The position numbers were made by a program, and so were the translations under genes. The notes under the pieces were generated by a model. It worked only from the letters and a program-made list of their open reading frames with translations. It was not told the origin of the DNA and did no database searches. A DNA stretch of 64,000 bases, from the NCBI GenBank assembly GCA_041687695.1, contig JAWLBL010000011.1, positions 101,716 through 165,715 on the forward strand, given 5' to 3'. This DNA is from Myxococcota bacterium. Lineage in GTDB: Bacteria; Myxococcota_A; UBA9042; PHBI01; JAWLBL01. Of this stretch, positions 38,635 through 48,391 are shown piece by piece; positions within the stretch are counted from its first letter, which is position 1, and the number at the start of each line of letters is the position of its first letter.

Positions 38635-40730
38635 CAGGGGGCCTTGGGCGCAAAGCGCAGGGAGAAGCTGCCGTCCACGGTGCCCGTGTCGGGACGCCGG
38701 CTGCTGCGGATGCGCGAGGCGACCCCGCGCACGCACGCGTCGAGCCCCGGCAGGCGGCCGCCCGAGGCCTTGACGTGCCGGGCGCGGCCGTCCTCGTCGA
38801 TGACCAGGCCGACCTTGACCACGCAGGCGACGTCTCGCCCGGCCGCGCGGGCGGCGGTGGCGTAGCAGGCCTCGAAGTCGGCGAGCTGGCGCTGGACCAC
38901 GTCGAGCACCACGCCGTTCGAGAGCGACCCCGTGACCTGCAGGTTCGCCAACGTCGCCGTGGCCGCGAGCGCCGGGGCCGGCGCGGGCGGCGCCTCGGGC
39001 TCGGGCGCCGCCTTCGGCTCGGGTTCGGGCGGCGCCTTGGGCCGCTCGGTCTCGGTCTGCGGGGTGGTCGGCTCGTGGGCGGGGGCGGGCTGGGGCGGCG
39101 AGTCCGCCGGCGGCGTGGGCGCCTCGGCCGCCGGCTTCACCGCGGCGGCCTTGGTCGTCGGCGCCGGCTCGGCCTTGGGCTCGGCGTCCTTCACGATGGC
39201 CGTGCGCGCCGCGTTCGGCGCCTTCACGCGGGTCACCGGCTTCGGCTCGGCCTTGGCCACCGGCTCTGCCTCGCCCTCGGCCTCGGCCACGGGCTCGGCC
39301 ACCGGCTCCGCCTCGCCCTCGGCCTCGGCCACGGGCTCGGCCACGGCCACGGCCTCTGTCTCGGCCACGGGCTCGGCCACGACCACCGGCTCCGCCTCGC
39401 CCTCGGCCTCGGCCTCGGGCTCGGCCACGGCCACGGCCTCTGTCTCGGCCACGGCCTCTGGCTCGGCCACGACCTCGGCCACTGCCACGTTCTCCGCCAC
39501 GGCCTCCGCCACGGCCTCCGCCGCGGCCGCGCCCTCGCTCCCCCGCGCCCGTTCGGCCATGGCCACGCTCTCGGCCTCTCCCTCGGCTCTGGGCGGCTGC
39601 GCCAGCAGCAGCGCGCCGATGACCCCCAGCCCGAGCACCAGCCCCAGCATCACGGCCATCACCACGGGCCGCTTTCGGCGCTCGACGGCCAGCGAGGCCA
39701 GCCCCTCCTGCGTGCCCGCCGCGGGCGCCATCGCCGACCCCGTCCCAGTCGCGCCGCCGGGCCGCGCCGCCGCCTGCAGGCCGGTGGGCGTCCCGTGGCG
39801 GCGACCGACCTGCGGCACGGCCGCCAGCAGCGCGGCCCTGAAGTCTCGCGCCGTCGCCGGTCGCGCCGCCGGGTCCTTGGCCATCGCCCACAGGACCACC
39901 CGCTCGAGCTCGGCCGGGATGTCCGGGTTGTGCCGCGTCGGCGGCTCGGGCGCCTGGCTGACGTGCGCCACCAGGACGCCGATGGCCGAGTTGGCCTGGA
40001 AGGGCGTCCGGCCGGTCAGCATCGTGTACAGCACGACCCCGCACGAGTAGAGGTCCGACCGGGCGTCGAGGTCGCGCCCCTGCGCCTGCTCGGGCGACAT
40101 GTAGTCGGGCGTCCCGCACACCTCGCCCTCGGCGGTCAGGGTCGGGCCCGTCGTCGGCTCGCGCTCGTCGCTGTCGGGGGTCTGGATCTTGGCGATGCCG
40201 AAGTCGCAGACCTTGACGACCTCGGCCTCGGCCCCGTCGTCGTCGATGCGGGGGACCAGCATGACGTTCTCGGGCTTCATGTCGCGGTGCACGATGCCCT
40301 GATCGTGGGCGGCGGCCAGCGCCCCCAAGACCTGCACCATCAGGTCGACCGCGCGGGGCGGCTCGATGGTGCGCTGCACGGTCAGCGCCTCGTGCAGGCT
40401 GCGGCCGTCCAGGAACTCCATGACGATGTAGCAGAAGCCGTCGCCCTCGGTCCCGAAGTCCAGGATCTGCAGGCTGTTGGGGTGCTGCAGCCGGCTGGCC
40501 GCCTGGGCCTCGCGGCGGAAGCGCGCCTCGGCCTTGGGCCGCCGCATCACGTGCGGGTGCATCACCTTGATGGCGACCGTGCGCCCCAGGTCGGTGTGCC
40601 GTGCCTTGTACACGGCGCCCATCGCGCCCTCGCCCAGGCACTCGAGCAGCTCGTACTTGCCCTCGCCGAGCGTTCGCCCGATGAGGAGGCTCGCGAGCTG
40701 CCCTGCGCTGTCGTGCCCCGGGTCCGTCAT
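38634..40730 (-). CDS. Membrane Ser/Thr kinase with acidic stalk and AgmX/PglI (TonB-C-like) C-terminal domain
   Basis: LGEGAMG, HRDMKPEN, DFGIAK, GTPDYMSPEQ; TM segment; AEPVAE repeats; FEACY...IDEDG...LDACV. Confidence 0.9.
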   Translation of the reverse strand: MTDPGHDSAGQLASLLIGRTLGEGKYELLECLGEGAMGAVYKARHTDLGRTVAIKVMHPHVMRRPKAEARFRREAQAASRLQHPNSLQILDFGTEGDGFCYIVMEFLDGRSLHEALTVQRTIEPPRAVDLMVQVLGALAAAHDQGIVHRDMKPENVMLVPRIDDDGAEAEVVKVCDFGIAKIQTPDSDEREPTTGPTLTAEGEVCGTPDYMSPEQAQGRDLDARSDLYSCGVVLYTMLTGRTPFQANSAIGVLVAHVSQAPEPPTRHNPDIPAELERVVLWAMAKDPAARPATARDFRAALLAAVPQVGRRHGTPTGLQAAARPGGATGTGSAMAPAAGTQEGLASLAVERRKRPVVMAVMLGLVLGLGVIGALLLAQPPRAEGEAESVAMAERARGSEGAAAAEAVAEAVAENVAVAEVVAEPEAVAETEAVAVAEPEAEAEGEAEPVVVAEPVAETEAVAVAEPVAEAEGEAEPVAEPVAEAEGEAEPVAKAEPKPVTRVKAPNAARTAIVKDAEPKAEPAPTTKAAAVKPAAEAPTPPADSPPQPAPAHEPTTPQTETERPKAPPEPEPKAAPEPEAPPAPAPALAATATLANLQVTGSLSNGVVLDVVQRQLADFEACYATAARAAGRDVACVVKVGLVIDEDGRARHVKASGGRLPGLDACVRGVASRIRSSRRPDTGTVDGSFSLRFAPKAP

Positions 40731-41068
40731 CGGCCGCCCCCTGTTGACGGGGCGCCACGGCCGATGGGCGCCCCCTACGATGGCCCGATCCGACGCCTCG
40801 GCGCCGAGCGGTCACTCCCTGCCTCGCGTCTGTCCGCGGCAGGGCGCAGTCTAGCCCTGCAGCCGGCGCGTTGCAAAAGCCACCTCGCGGCGCGGGGTCG
40901 GCGTGGCGCGGTACGGCGCCGCCGGAGAGCGCGTGACACCGACCGGGCGCCGACGAACGCGCGTCGCATGGGGGCGCCGCAGGAAGCGCAAGGTGTGCCA
41001 AATGACACACGGGCGCGGCCGTCGTCAGGCGCTCGGGGCCGGCCGGGCGCGCCGGCCGGCAGGGCGGG

Positions 41069-41458
41069 TCAGCAGTAGCGCTGGACCAGCATCAGCAGGA
41101 CGTCGAGCTGGATTGGCTTGTACAGGAAGTCGGCGGCGTCGAAGCGGCTGATGATCTGGGCCGTGGCGCTGATGGCGACGACGGGGACGTCGCGCAGGCG
41201 CTCGTCCTGCTTCTGCATCTCGCGGAACTCCCAGCCGTTGACCACGGGCATCATCAGGTCGAGCAGGATGAGGCAGGGGAGCTGCGCGCAGCCGGCGAGG
41301 TAGTCCAGGGCCTCTTGACCGTTGGCGCGGGCGACGACCTCGTACCCCTCGGACTCGAGGATCTGCTTCAAGCTGCGGCGAATCTCGTGGTCGTCCTCGA
41401 CGACGAGGATGGACTTTGGGCACGCCGGTTCGTTCACCCGACCCTCCGATTTGGGCAC
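41069..41458 (-). CDS. Single-domain response regulator
   Basis: ILVVEDD, LLDLMMPVVNG, FLYKP; start could be 41437. Confidence 0.9.
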   Translation of the reverse strand: MPKSEGRVNEPACPKSILVVEDDHEIRRSLKQILESEGYEVVARANGQEALDYLAGCAQLPCLILLDLMMPVVNGWEFREMQKQDERLRDVPVVAISATAQIISRFDAADFLYKPIQLDVLLMLVQRYC

Positions 41459-41486
41459 GGGGGCGTGAGGCCCCGCTACATCAGGT

Positions 41487-43574
41487 TCATTTCAGCAGCT
41501 TCCGCTCCGGAATGCCAGCATTCGGCCCAGGGGATCCTGCGAGAACGTATGCGACCCACGTGCCGAGCCGCTGGCGGAGGCGCGCCGCCACGTCCGGGGC
41601 GAGGTCGTAGGCGTCGACGCGCTCTCCAGGGTCGCGCTCGAGGTCGTAGAGTTCGAAGCGGTGGTCGCCGACGTGGTGGACCAGCTTCCAGGGCCAGGCG
41701 ATGATGGCGCGCTGCACACGGCCGGCGTCGTTGACCTCGGCGAAGACCGGGCGGTCGGCGGCCGACGGGGGATCGGGCGCCGCGAAGAGGCCGGCGAAGG
41801 TCGCGCCCTGATCGCCCGCGGGCGGGGGGACCGCCAGCAGATCCGAGAGCGTGGCCGCCAGATCCTGCAGGCTGACGGGCGTGCGGCGTGTCTGGCCGCC
41901 TGCCACGCCCGGCGCCGCGACGACCAGCGGGACGCGGAGCTGCTCCTCGGTGACGGCGCTGGCGTGGAAGCGGCGGCCGTGCTCGCCGAGGGACTCGCCG
42001 TGGTCGGCCGTCAGGACGACCAGCGCCCGCTCGAGCTCGCCGCCGCGCTCGAGGCGGTCGAGCAGCCGCGACAGGTGGAGATCCGTGAAGCGGACCTCGC
42101 CGTCGTAGAGCTGGACCAGGTCGTCGCGGTCGGCGGGCGGCGTCTCGGGGTGGACGACGTAGGGCTCGTGGGGGTCATAGTAGTGGACCCACAGGAACCA
42201 CGGCCGGTCGGCGTCGTCGCGGGCGAAGCGGTCGAGCCAGGCGATGGCGCGGTCGGTGGTCTCGTCGGCGGAGCGGCCCCACACGACGCGGTCGCCGGGC
42301 GACAGGTCGACCCAGACGTCGTCGAAGCCGCGGGTCAGGCCCCACTCGGGGCGGAAGAGGTGGTGGAAGACGACGGCGGCGGTGCGCCAGCCGCGGTCGC
42401 GCAGCGCCTCGGTCAAGGTCGGGCTGGGGTCGGCGCGCGGGACGTCCCAGCGGATGACGCGCTCGGTCTGGATGGCCGAGGGGGCGCGGCCGGTCAGCAT
42501 CCCGAAGACGGTCAGGATGGTGGACGGGTAGGGGGCCCAGGCGCGCTCGAAGGTGAGGCCGCGGGCGGCGAGGCGCTGGAAGGACCGCATGTCGGCGGCG
42601 CGATCGGCGCGCAGGGTGTCGACCGTGATGAGCAGGAGCGGGCGGGGGGCGCCGGGGGCGTGGGGCGGCAGGGGCAGCGCGCGGGCGTCGGTCAGGGCGG
42701 CGATGGCGGCTTGCGTGGCGTCGCCGCCGAGGCAGTCCTGGTCGACGCCGTCGTCGGGGACGTCGACGGCCCCGGGGTGGATGGCCGGGTCGAGGTCGTC
42801 GCAGTCGCCGCCGCCGAGCAGGGCGGGCGCGCCGTCGCCGTCGAGGTCGGCCAGGTGGCCGAGGGCGTCGAGGGCGTGGGTGGCCGCGACGGTGCGGCCG
42901 AAGAGGGCGCCGCGTTGGGCCTGGGTGAGGTCGCCGGGGAGCAGGACGAAGGCCTGGAGCCACAGGGCGAGGCCGGCGGCGTGGAGCAGGCCGAGGGCGA
43001 GGGCGGCGCGGCGAGCGAGGAGGAGGGCGAGGGCCCAGGCGGTGAGGGCGAGGGAGGCGTAGGCGAGGGCGGCGTGCTGGGGGCGGTACAGGCCCTGCAG
43101 GACGAGGGCGTTGCCGGCGTAGAGGGTGGCGGCGCCGACGAGCAGGGCGGCGACGAGGGCCGGGCGCGTCCAGGGGCGCGCGGCGAGGGGGAGCAGGGCG
43201 GCGGCGGCGGCGACGGCGACGGTGGCGGCGAGGAGGGCGACGCCGACGAGCGGCTGGCGGCCGATGAGGTCGGCGTTGAGCAGCCAGACGGGCAGGGCCG
43301 CGGAGGTGGCCAGGGCGGCGCGGGCGGCGCGAGCGGGCAGGAGGCGGCGCGCGGCGAGGTGCAGCAGGGCGACGAGCGCGCCGAGGGCGGCCCCGAGGGC
43401 CGACAGCACGCCGGCGGCGGCCAGGCCCGTGACCAGCGCGTCGGGGCCGCCGAAGAGCGGGCCCAGGTCCCGGGTGGCCAGGACGAGGCCCTCGACGGCG
43501 CCGTGGGCCAGGCCGGCGCCGAGCCCGGCCGCCGAGCCCAGGAGCGCGTGCCTCAGGGTCGGGTTCGCCGTCAT
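41487..43574 (-). CDS. Membrane-anchored sulfatase/alkaline-phosphatase-superfamily protein with MopE-like Asp-rich motif
   Basis: N-terminal TMs; DCDDLDPAIHPGA..DDGVDQDC; ITVDTLRAD, WVHYYDPHEPY, TADHGE, ELYDL..DPGE; no CxPxR. Confidence 0.85.
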   Translation of the reverse strand: MTANPTLRHALLGSAAGLGAGLAHGAVEGLVLATRDLGPLFGGPDALVTGLAAAGVLSALGAALGALVALLHLAARRLLPARAARAALATSAALPVWLLNADLIGRQPLVGVALLAATVAVAAAAALLPLAARPWTRPALVAALLVGAATLYAGNALVLQGLYRPQHAALAYASLALTAWALALLLARRAALALGLLHAAGLALWLQAFVLLPGDLTQAQRGALFGRTVAATHALDALGHLADLDGDGAPALLGGGDCDDLDPAIHPGAVDVPDDGVDQDCLGGDATQAAIAALTDARALPLPPHAPGAPRPLLLITVDTLRADRAADMRSFQRLAARGLTFERAWAPYPSTILTVFGMLTGRAPSAIQTERVIRWDVPRADPSPTLTEALRDRGWRTAAVVFHHLFRPEWGLTRGFDDVWVDLSPGDRVVWGRSADETTDRAIAWLDRFARDDADRPWFLWVHYYDPHEPYVVHPETPPADRDDLVQLYDGEVRFTDLHLSRLLDRLERGGELERALVVLTADHGESLGEHGRRFHASAVTEEQLRVPLVVAAPGVAGGQTRRTPVSLQDLAATLSDLLAVPPPAGDQGATFAGLFAAPDPPSAADRPVFAEVNDAGRVQRAIIAWPWKLVHHVGDHRFELYDLERDPGERVDAYDLAPDVAARLRQRLGTWVAYVLAGSPGPNAGIPERKLLK

Positions 43575-43701
43575 CGCGGCGGAGCTTGGCCGAGCGCGCG
43601 CCCCGAGGCAACTCCCGCGTGCCGGCGCGCGGACCTGATCGGTCGGGCGTGCAGCGGGCCTCCCCCGAGTCCGCTGACGGATCCCGTGGTCCGCCTCCGA
43701 C

Positions 43702-43910
43702 GGATGGGCTCCTCAGCACGAGGCCCGTGCCAACTTCGCCTCCGCGCCCGACCAGCGCGCAGCAAGCTGCGCGACCCACGAGCACGAGCAAGCTCGTGCA
43801 GTCCAGTCGCAGCGCTCCAGCCCCTGCCCGGGTCCCCGGCCTCGGGTCCCCGGTCACTGCGACGGCCGCGGCCACGGCCTCCGCCACGGTCCCCGGGCTC
43901 CGGCCACCGC
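43702..43910 (+). repeat. Orphan copy of the hairpin module plus degenerate hexamer tract
   Basis: 43702-43815 aligns to the reverse complement of 53385-53499, with 26 identical nt at 43779-43804 vs 53394-53419. Confidence 0.85.
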
Positions 43911-43962
43911 GGCGGACAGTAGCGGGTAGAGTCCGCCCCGGCGGCCGTGTTACCCATCGTCC

Positions 43963-44709
43963 ATGGCTACCATCCTACTGCTGCAGGCGAGGCGCCCCGA
44001 GGACCCCATGCGCGAGCACGAGCAGGCGTGCTTCTCGCGCCAGACCGGGCTGCCGCGCGAGGCGTTCCGCGTCGTCAACATGGCCGCCGAGGTCTTCGAC
44101 GCGCGGGCGCTCGACGGGGCCGGCGCCGTGATGGTGGGCGGCAGCGGCGACTACTCGGTCGCGCAGGGCGGGTTCGAGTGGCACGCGCCGATGCTCGAGC
44201 TGCTGCTCGAGGTCGTCCGGCGCGGCGTGCCGACCCTGGCGTCCTGCTTCGGGCACCAGGCGCTGGCGCAGGCGCTGGGCGGACGCGTCGAGACGGTCCC
44301 GGCGCAGGCCGAGGTCGGCACCTTCGAGGTCCGCCTGACCGCCGCCGGACGCGCCGATCCGCTGTTCGGGACGCTGCCGGGCCGGTTCGAGGCCCAGCTG
44401 GGTCACAAGGACGCCGTCGTGGCGCCGCCCCCGGGCGCCGTGGTGCTGGCCGAGAGCGAGCGCTGCGCCGTCCAGGCGATGCGCCTGCCGGGGCTGCCCA
44501 TCACGACCACCCAGTTCCACCCCGAGCTGGACGAGGCCAGCAACCTCGAGCGGTTCCTGACCTACCTCGACGGCTACAAGCGCCCCGACGAGACGCTGGC
44601 CGAGGCCGAGGCGCGGGCCCGGGCCGCCTGTCGCCCGAGCCCCCACGCCTGCAGCCTGCTCCGTCGCTTCGTCACGACGCTCCAGCCGCGCCCGGAGCTG
44701 GCCGGCTGA
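43963..44709 (+). CDS. Class I glutamine amidotransferase
   Basis: GGSG, SCFGHQ (Cys nucleophile), QFHPE. Confidence 0.9.
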   Translation: MATILLLQARRPEDPMREHEQACFSRQTGLPREAFRVVNMAAEVFDARALDGAGAVMVGGSGDYSVAQGGFEWHAPMLELLLEVVRRGVPTLASCFGHQALAQALGGRVETVPAQAEVGTFEVRLTAAGRADPLFGTLPGRFEAQLGHKDAVVAPPPGAVVLAESERCAVQAMRLPGLPITTTQFHPELDEASNLERFLTYLDGYKRPDETLAEAEARARAACRPSPHACSLLRRFVTTLQPRPELAG

Positions 44710-44725
44710 CGTCCCCGCCGCGCCG

Positions 44726-45346
44726 TCACAGCCCCGCGTTGCGCCGCGCGAACAGCCGCAGCAGCCCGCGGACGGCCATCTGCAGCAGCACGTAGAACAG
44801 CAGGGCGACGACGTACGACAGCATGATCTCGGACGCGCCGAACTGCGGGTCCGCCACGATGCCTCGGAACGGCGCCAGGAACGGCGCGGTCACCGTGTCC
44901 ATGAACTGCTTGAACTGGGCCTGGTCGCGGGCGCCGAACAGCTCGAGGACGATCTCGAGGATGATGAGGCCGTACAAGAGGTAGAACGCGTAGTCGATGA
45001 ACTCGCCCACGCGGCTCATCCAGTAGCTGGGGCCACGCTGCCGTCGCCGCACGCGCTCGCTGGTCACCCAGCGGCCGGTCTCGGGATCGCGGACGCGCCG
45101 GATCTGCTGCTGCGAGCCGGGCGACTCGTCCGTGATGACGTCGACCTCGTAGGGGTCCTCGCGCGTCATCGCGCGCTCGCGGCCGTAGTCGTCGCCGTGG
45201 GGGTGCCGCGGCTCCAGATCACGTCCGCGCGCGTCGTCCTCGGCCGGAGGACGGACGAAGTCGTGCTCGCGGGCGTCGAGGTCGCGCTCGTCGCGCGGGC
45301 CTACGTCGTCCGGACGGCGCCCGTGCCGCTCGTCTCGTTGGGCCAT
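44726..45346 (-). CDS. YggT-family membrane protein with charged N-terminal extension
   Basis: VTAPFLAPFRGIV between two TM helices; GGGAGG RBS. Confidence 0.75.
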   Translation of the reverse strand: MAQRDERHGRRPDDVGPRDERDLDAREHDFVRPPAEDDARGRDLEPRHPHGDDYGRERAMTREDPYEVDVITDESPGSQQQIRRVRDPETGRWVTSERVRRRQRGPSYWMSRVGEFIDYAFYLLYGLIILEIVLELFGARDQAQFKQFMDTVTAPFLAPFRGIVADPQFGASEIMLSYVVALLFYVLLQMAVRGLLRLFARRNAGL

Positions 45347-45473
45347 GGAGTGCCTCCCGTGGCTCGCCCTTGGGCAGGGTGGTGCAAGTGCCGATGGACA
45401 AAGGGTAAACTTGCACAGGGGCCAGGCAAGGCGAGCCGCCGGGCGGCTCAGGCGGCGGTCAGCGGCTCCAGGC

Positions 45474-48338
45474 TCACGAAGCCGTCAGCAAGGCCAGGGG
45501 CAGCGCTGCCAGGACGTCGGCGAGGTCGAGCCCGGTCGCGCCATGGCGCGTGGCCACCTCGATCCGCCGTCCGGTGAGGACCTCGGTGAAGACCGCCGGG
45601 GCGCTATTGGGCAGCGGCACGAAGGTGTCGCGCCAGACGGGTCCGACGGGCAGCTGGTCGGCCGGCCCGAGCGTCGCGTGAAAGCGCGTGGCCACGGCCA
45701 CGGACCAGGCCTCGCCGCGCTGCCGGGCGAAGGCGCAGACGTGCTCGTGGCGCGGGCCGTCGGCCGTCAGCGGCTGGTAGTCGCCCTTGCTGTAGACCTC
45801 GCGACAGGCGGCGCGGTGGCGCAGCAGGCGCGAGGTCACCCACAGCTTGATGCGCCCGTCGGGCCAGCGCGTCAGCAGCTCGCCCGCGAAGCGCGCCGGG
45901 TCGCCCGCCCCCTGGTCGTCCAGCGCCCGCAGCAGCGCCTCGCGCCGCGCGAAGTCGACCGGGCGCCGGTTGTCGGGGTCGACCAGGCTCAGGTCCCACA
46001 GCTCGCAGCCCTGGTAGAAGTCCGGGACACCCGGCGCGGTCGCCTTCAGCAGCACCTGCGACAGCGATCCCAGCGCGCCCCAGGCGGCGATCTGCCGCTG
46101 GAACGGCTCGAAGTCGGCCAGGAACCGGTTGTCGGGGGCCGGCTCGAGGATGGCGCGGATGAACGCGGTCAGCGCCTCCTCGTGGGCCCGGTTGGGGCGG
46201 GTCCAGCGCGTGAAGACCTTGGCCTCGCGCACCGCCTTCTGCATGTAGTCGACGACGCGCTCGCGGACCGTGGCCAGCGCCTCGGGCGCCCGCCTGGCGC
46301 TCGGGTCGTCCACCGGCCACGCGCCCACCAGGGTCTGGTACAGCAGCAGCTCCTCGTTGTAGGTCGGCACCGGGTGGCCGTCGACGACCGCCTTGTGGGC
46401 GCGGTTCCACTCGCTCCAGCGGCTCAGGTGCACCTCCCACGCCTCGGGCAGCTCGCTCAGGACGTGGATGCGCGCCCGCACGTCCTCGGAGCGCTTGGTG
46501 TCGTGGGTCGACGTCGCGTTCATCGTGTGCGGCCACCGGGCCCGGCGCATCTGCATGCGGGCGTGGAACTCGCCCACCGACACGACCGCCTCGGACGGGT
46601 GCCCCCCGACCTCGTTCTGCGACACCAGCCGGTTGTAGACGTACAGGGCCGTGTCCTCGACACCCTTGGCCGACACCGGCCCGGTCAGCTGCTGCCAGCG
46701 CCGCACGAAGGTGCGCCACTCGGCCGCCTGGGCCTCGGTCGCCGCCCGCGGCACGTCCAGCTGCAGCAGGCGCCGCAGGAAGTCGAACACGCTCGACGGC
46801 ATCCGCGGGTTGCGCGTGCGCGCCTCGGCGAGCGCCCGCTCGAGCCAGACGCGGTCCTCCTCGCGCGTCTCGTCCTCGCGCGTGTAGGTCCGGTAGACCG
46901 GCATGCACGCGGTCACCTCGGCCAGGGCCTTGCGCAGGTCGCCCGGCGGCAGGTCCCGCCCCTCGCGGTCCTGGAACGCGATGCGCCGCAGCTGGTGCGA
47001 GAGGTTACGGAACTCGCCGGGGAACTGCTGCTTGAGGACCTGCTTCTTCTTCTCGTAGGCCACGTCCTCGAAGGTGCCGCGCCGCCCCGTGTGCCGCTCG
47101 TACAGCGCCCCCAGCGCCTCGAGCCCGCGCGGCTCCACGAACAGCCCGCCCATGTGGTTCATGAAGTCGTAGCCGGTCGTGCCGCACACCGGCCAGTCGT
47201 TCGGCAGCAGCTCGTCCTCGAGCAGGATCTTCTCGACCACGACGTACAGCGGGCCGCCCGCCGCCTCGCCCATGCGGTGCTGCAGCTGCGCCAGGTAGCC
47301 CAGCGGATCGCACAGCCCGTCGACGTGGTCGACCCGCAGCCCGCGGACGACCCGCTTGTTCACCAGATCCTGGATGAGCTCGTGCGTCGCCTCGAACACG
47401 CGCGGGTCCTCGACCCGCACCCCGACCAGGTCGTCGATGCTGAAGAAGCGCCGGTAGTTGATGTCCTCGCGCGCCGTGCGCCAGTACGCCAGCCGATAGG
47501 CCTGCTCGCCCAGCAGCCGATCCAGCGGCGCGAAACGCTCGGCCCCGTCGCGGGCGCCCTCGCCGTTGAAGGCCTTGACGTTCTCGCTGACGAACCAGCC
47601 GACCTCGGCGTGGGCCTCGGCGACGAACCACAGCTCGGCCTCGACGTCGGCCTTGATGCGCGCCCGCTCGGAGGCGCCGCGGCCCTGCGAGCCCTGCCGC
47701 GGCGGGATGTGCGACAGGGTCTCGAGGATGCGCGCGTAGCTCTGGAACGCGCTGCTGCCCGCTCCCAGGGTCTCGCTGAGCACCTCGATGCGCCAGGACA
47801 GGATGCGCCGGTAGGACGCGATGTCCACCGGCAGCACGCGGTCGTAGACCCGGATGTGGAACCGCCCCTCTTCGAAGACCAGCGCGATGTCGCCGCGCTC
47901 GATCACCTGCGCGTAGGGCGCCCCCAGGATGGGCAGCAGGACCTGGCCCTCGAGCGGGGTCGCGGGCGGGTTCCAGTCGATGTCGAACATGCGCGCGTAG
48001 CGCGAGGCCGGGCCGTGCGCCAGGACGTCCATCCAGTAGGGGTTGTCGGGGCCGGTCGCCATGTGGTTGGGCACGATGTCCAGCAGCAGGCCCAGGCCGT
48101 GCTCGGACGCGGTGGCCGCCAGGGCCTCGAGCCCCTCGCGTCCGCCCAGCTCGGGCGAGACCTGCGCGCAGTCGGCGCAGTCGTAGCCGTGCGTGCTGCC
48201 GGCGCGGGCGCGCGTGACGGGCGACAGGTACAGGTGCGAGACGCCCAGCGACTTCAGGTAGGGCGTCAGCGCGCGGGCGGCCTCGAACCTGAAGCGCCCG
48301 CCCAGTTGAAGGCGGTAGGTCGCGACGGGGATGTCCAC
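45474..48338 (-). CDS. treY: Malto-oligosyltrehalose synthase
   Basis: PVATYRLQ, GSTHGYD, DIVPNHM, INYRRFF, GLRVDHVDGL, KGVEDT, STHDTKRSEDVRAR, LVDPDNRRPVD. Confidence 0.95.
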   Translation of the reverse strand: MDIPVATYRLQLGGRFRFEAARALTPYLKSLGVSHLYLSPVTRARAGSTHGYDCADCAQVSPELGGREGLEALAATASEHGLGLLLDIVPNHMATGPDNPYWMDVLAHGPASRYARMFDIDWNPPATPLEGQVLLPILGAPYAQVIERGDIALVFEEGRFHIRVYDRVLPVDIASYRRILSWRIEVLSETLGAGSSAFQSYARILETLSHIPPRQGSQGRGASERARIKADVEAELWFVAEAHAEVGWFVSENVKAFNGEGARDGAERFAPLDRLLGEQAYRLAYWRTAREDINYRRFFSIDDLVGVRVEDPRVFEATHELIQDLVNKRVVRGLRVDHVDGLCDPLGYLAQLQHRMGEAAGGPLYVVVEKILLEDELLPNDWPVCGTTGYDFMNHMGGLFVEPRGLEALGALYERHTGRRGTFEDVAYEKKKQVLKQQFPGEFRNLSHQLRRIAFQDREGRDLPPGDLRKALAEVTACMPVYRTYTREDETREEDRVWLERALAEARTRNPRMPSSVFDFLRRLLQLDVPRAATEAQAAEWRTFVRRWQQLTGPVSAKGVEDTALYVYNRLVSQNEVGGHPSEAVVSVGEFHARMQMRRARWPHTMNATSTHDTKRSEDVRARIHVLSELPEAWEVHLSRWSEWNRAHKAVVDGHPVPTYNEELLLYQTLVGAWPVDDPSARRAPEALATVRERVVDYMQKAVREAKVFTRWTRPNRAHEEALTAFIRAILEPAPDNRFLADFEPFQRQIAAWGALGSLSQVLLKATAPGVPDFYQGCELWDLSLVDPDNRRPVDFARREALLRALDDQGAGDPARFAGELLTRWPDGRIKLWVTSRLLRHRAACREVYSKGDYQPLTADGPRHEHVCAFARQRGEAWSVAVATRFHATLGPADQLPVGPVWRDTFVPLPNSAPAVFTEVLTGRRIEVATRHGATGLDLADVLAALPLALLTAS

Positions 48339-48391
48339 GTTGGCTCCAGCTCGTGGGCGCGCGGCGGGCGCCGGCGCCGGTGGGACGGCGT

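Noticed and set aside
40985..41000. Sigma54 promoter TGGCACACCTTGCGCT on the minus strand
   Set aside because: GG-N10-GC spacing fits, but the -12 element is non-consensus and it lies about 250 bp from the next start. Too weak to call.
38635..41010. 1144-aa ORF extension
   Set aside because: It is an alternative frame of the kinase gene. The lipoprotein begins at ATG 38634.
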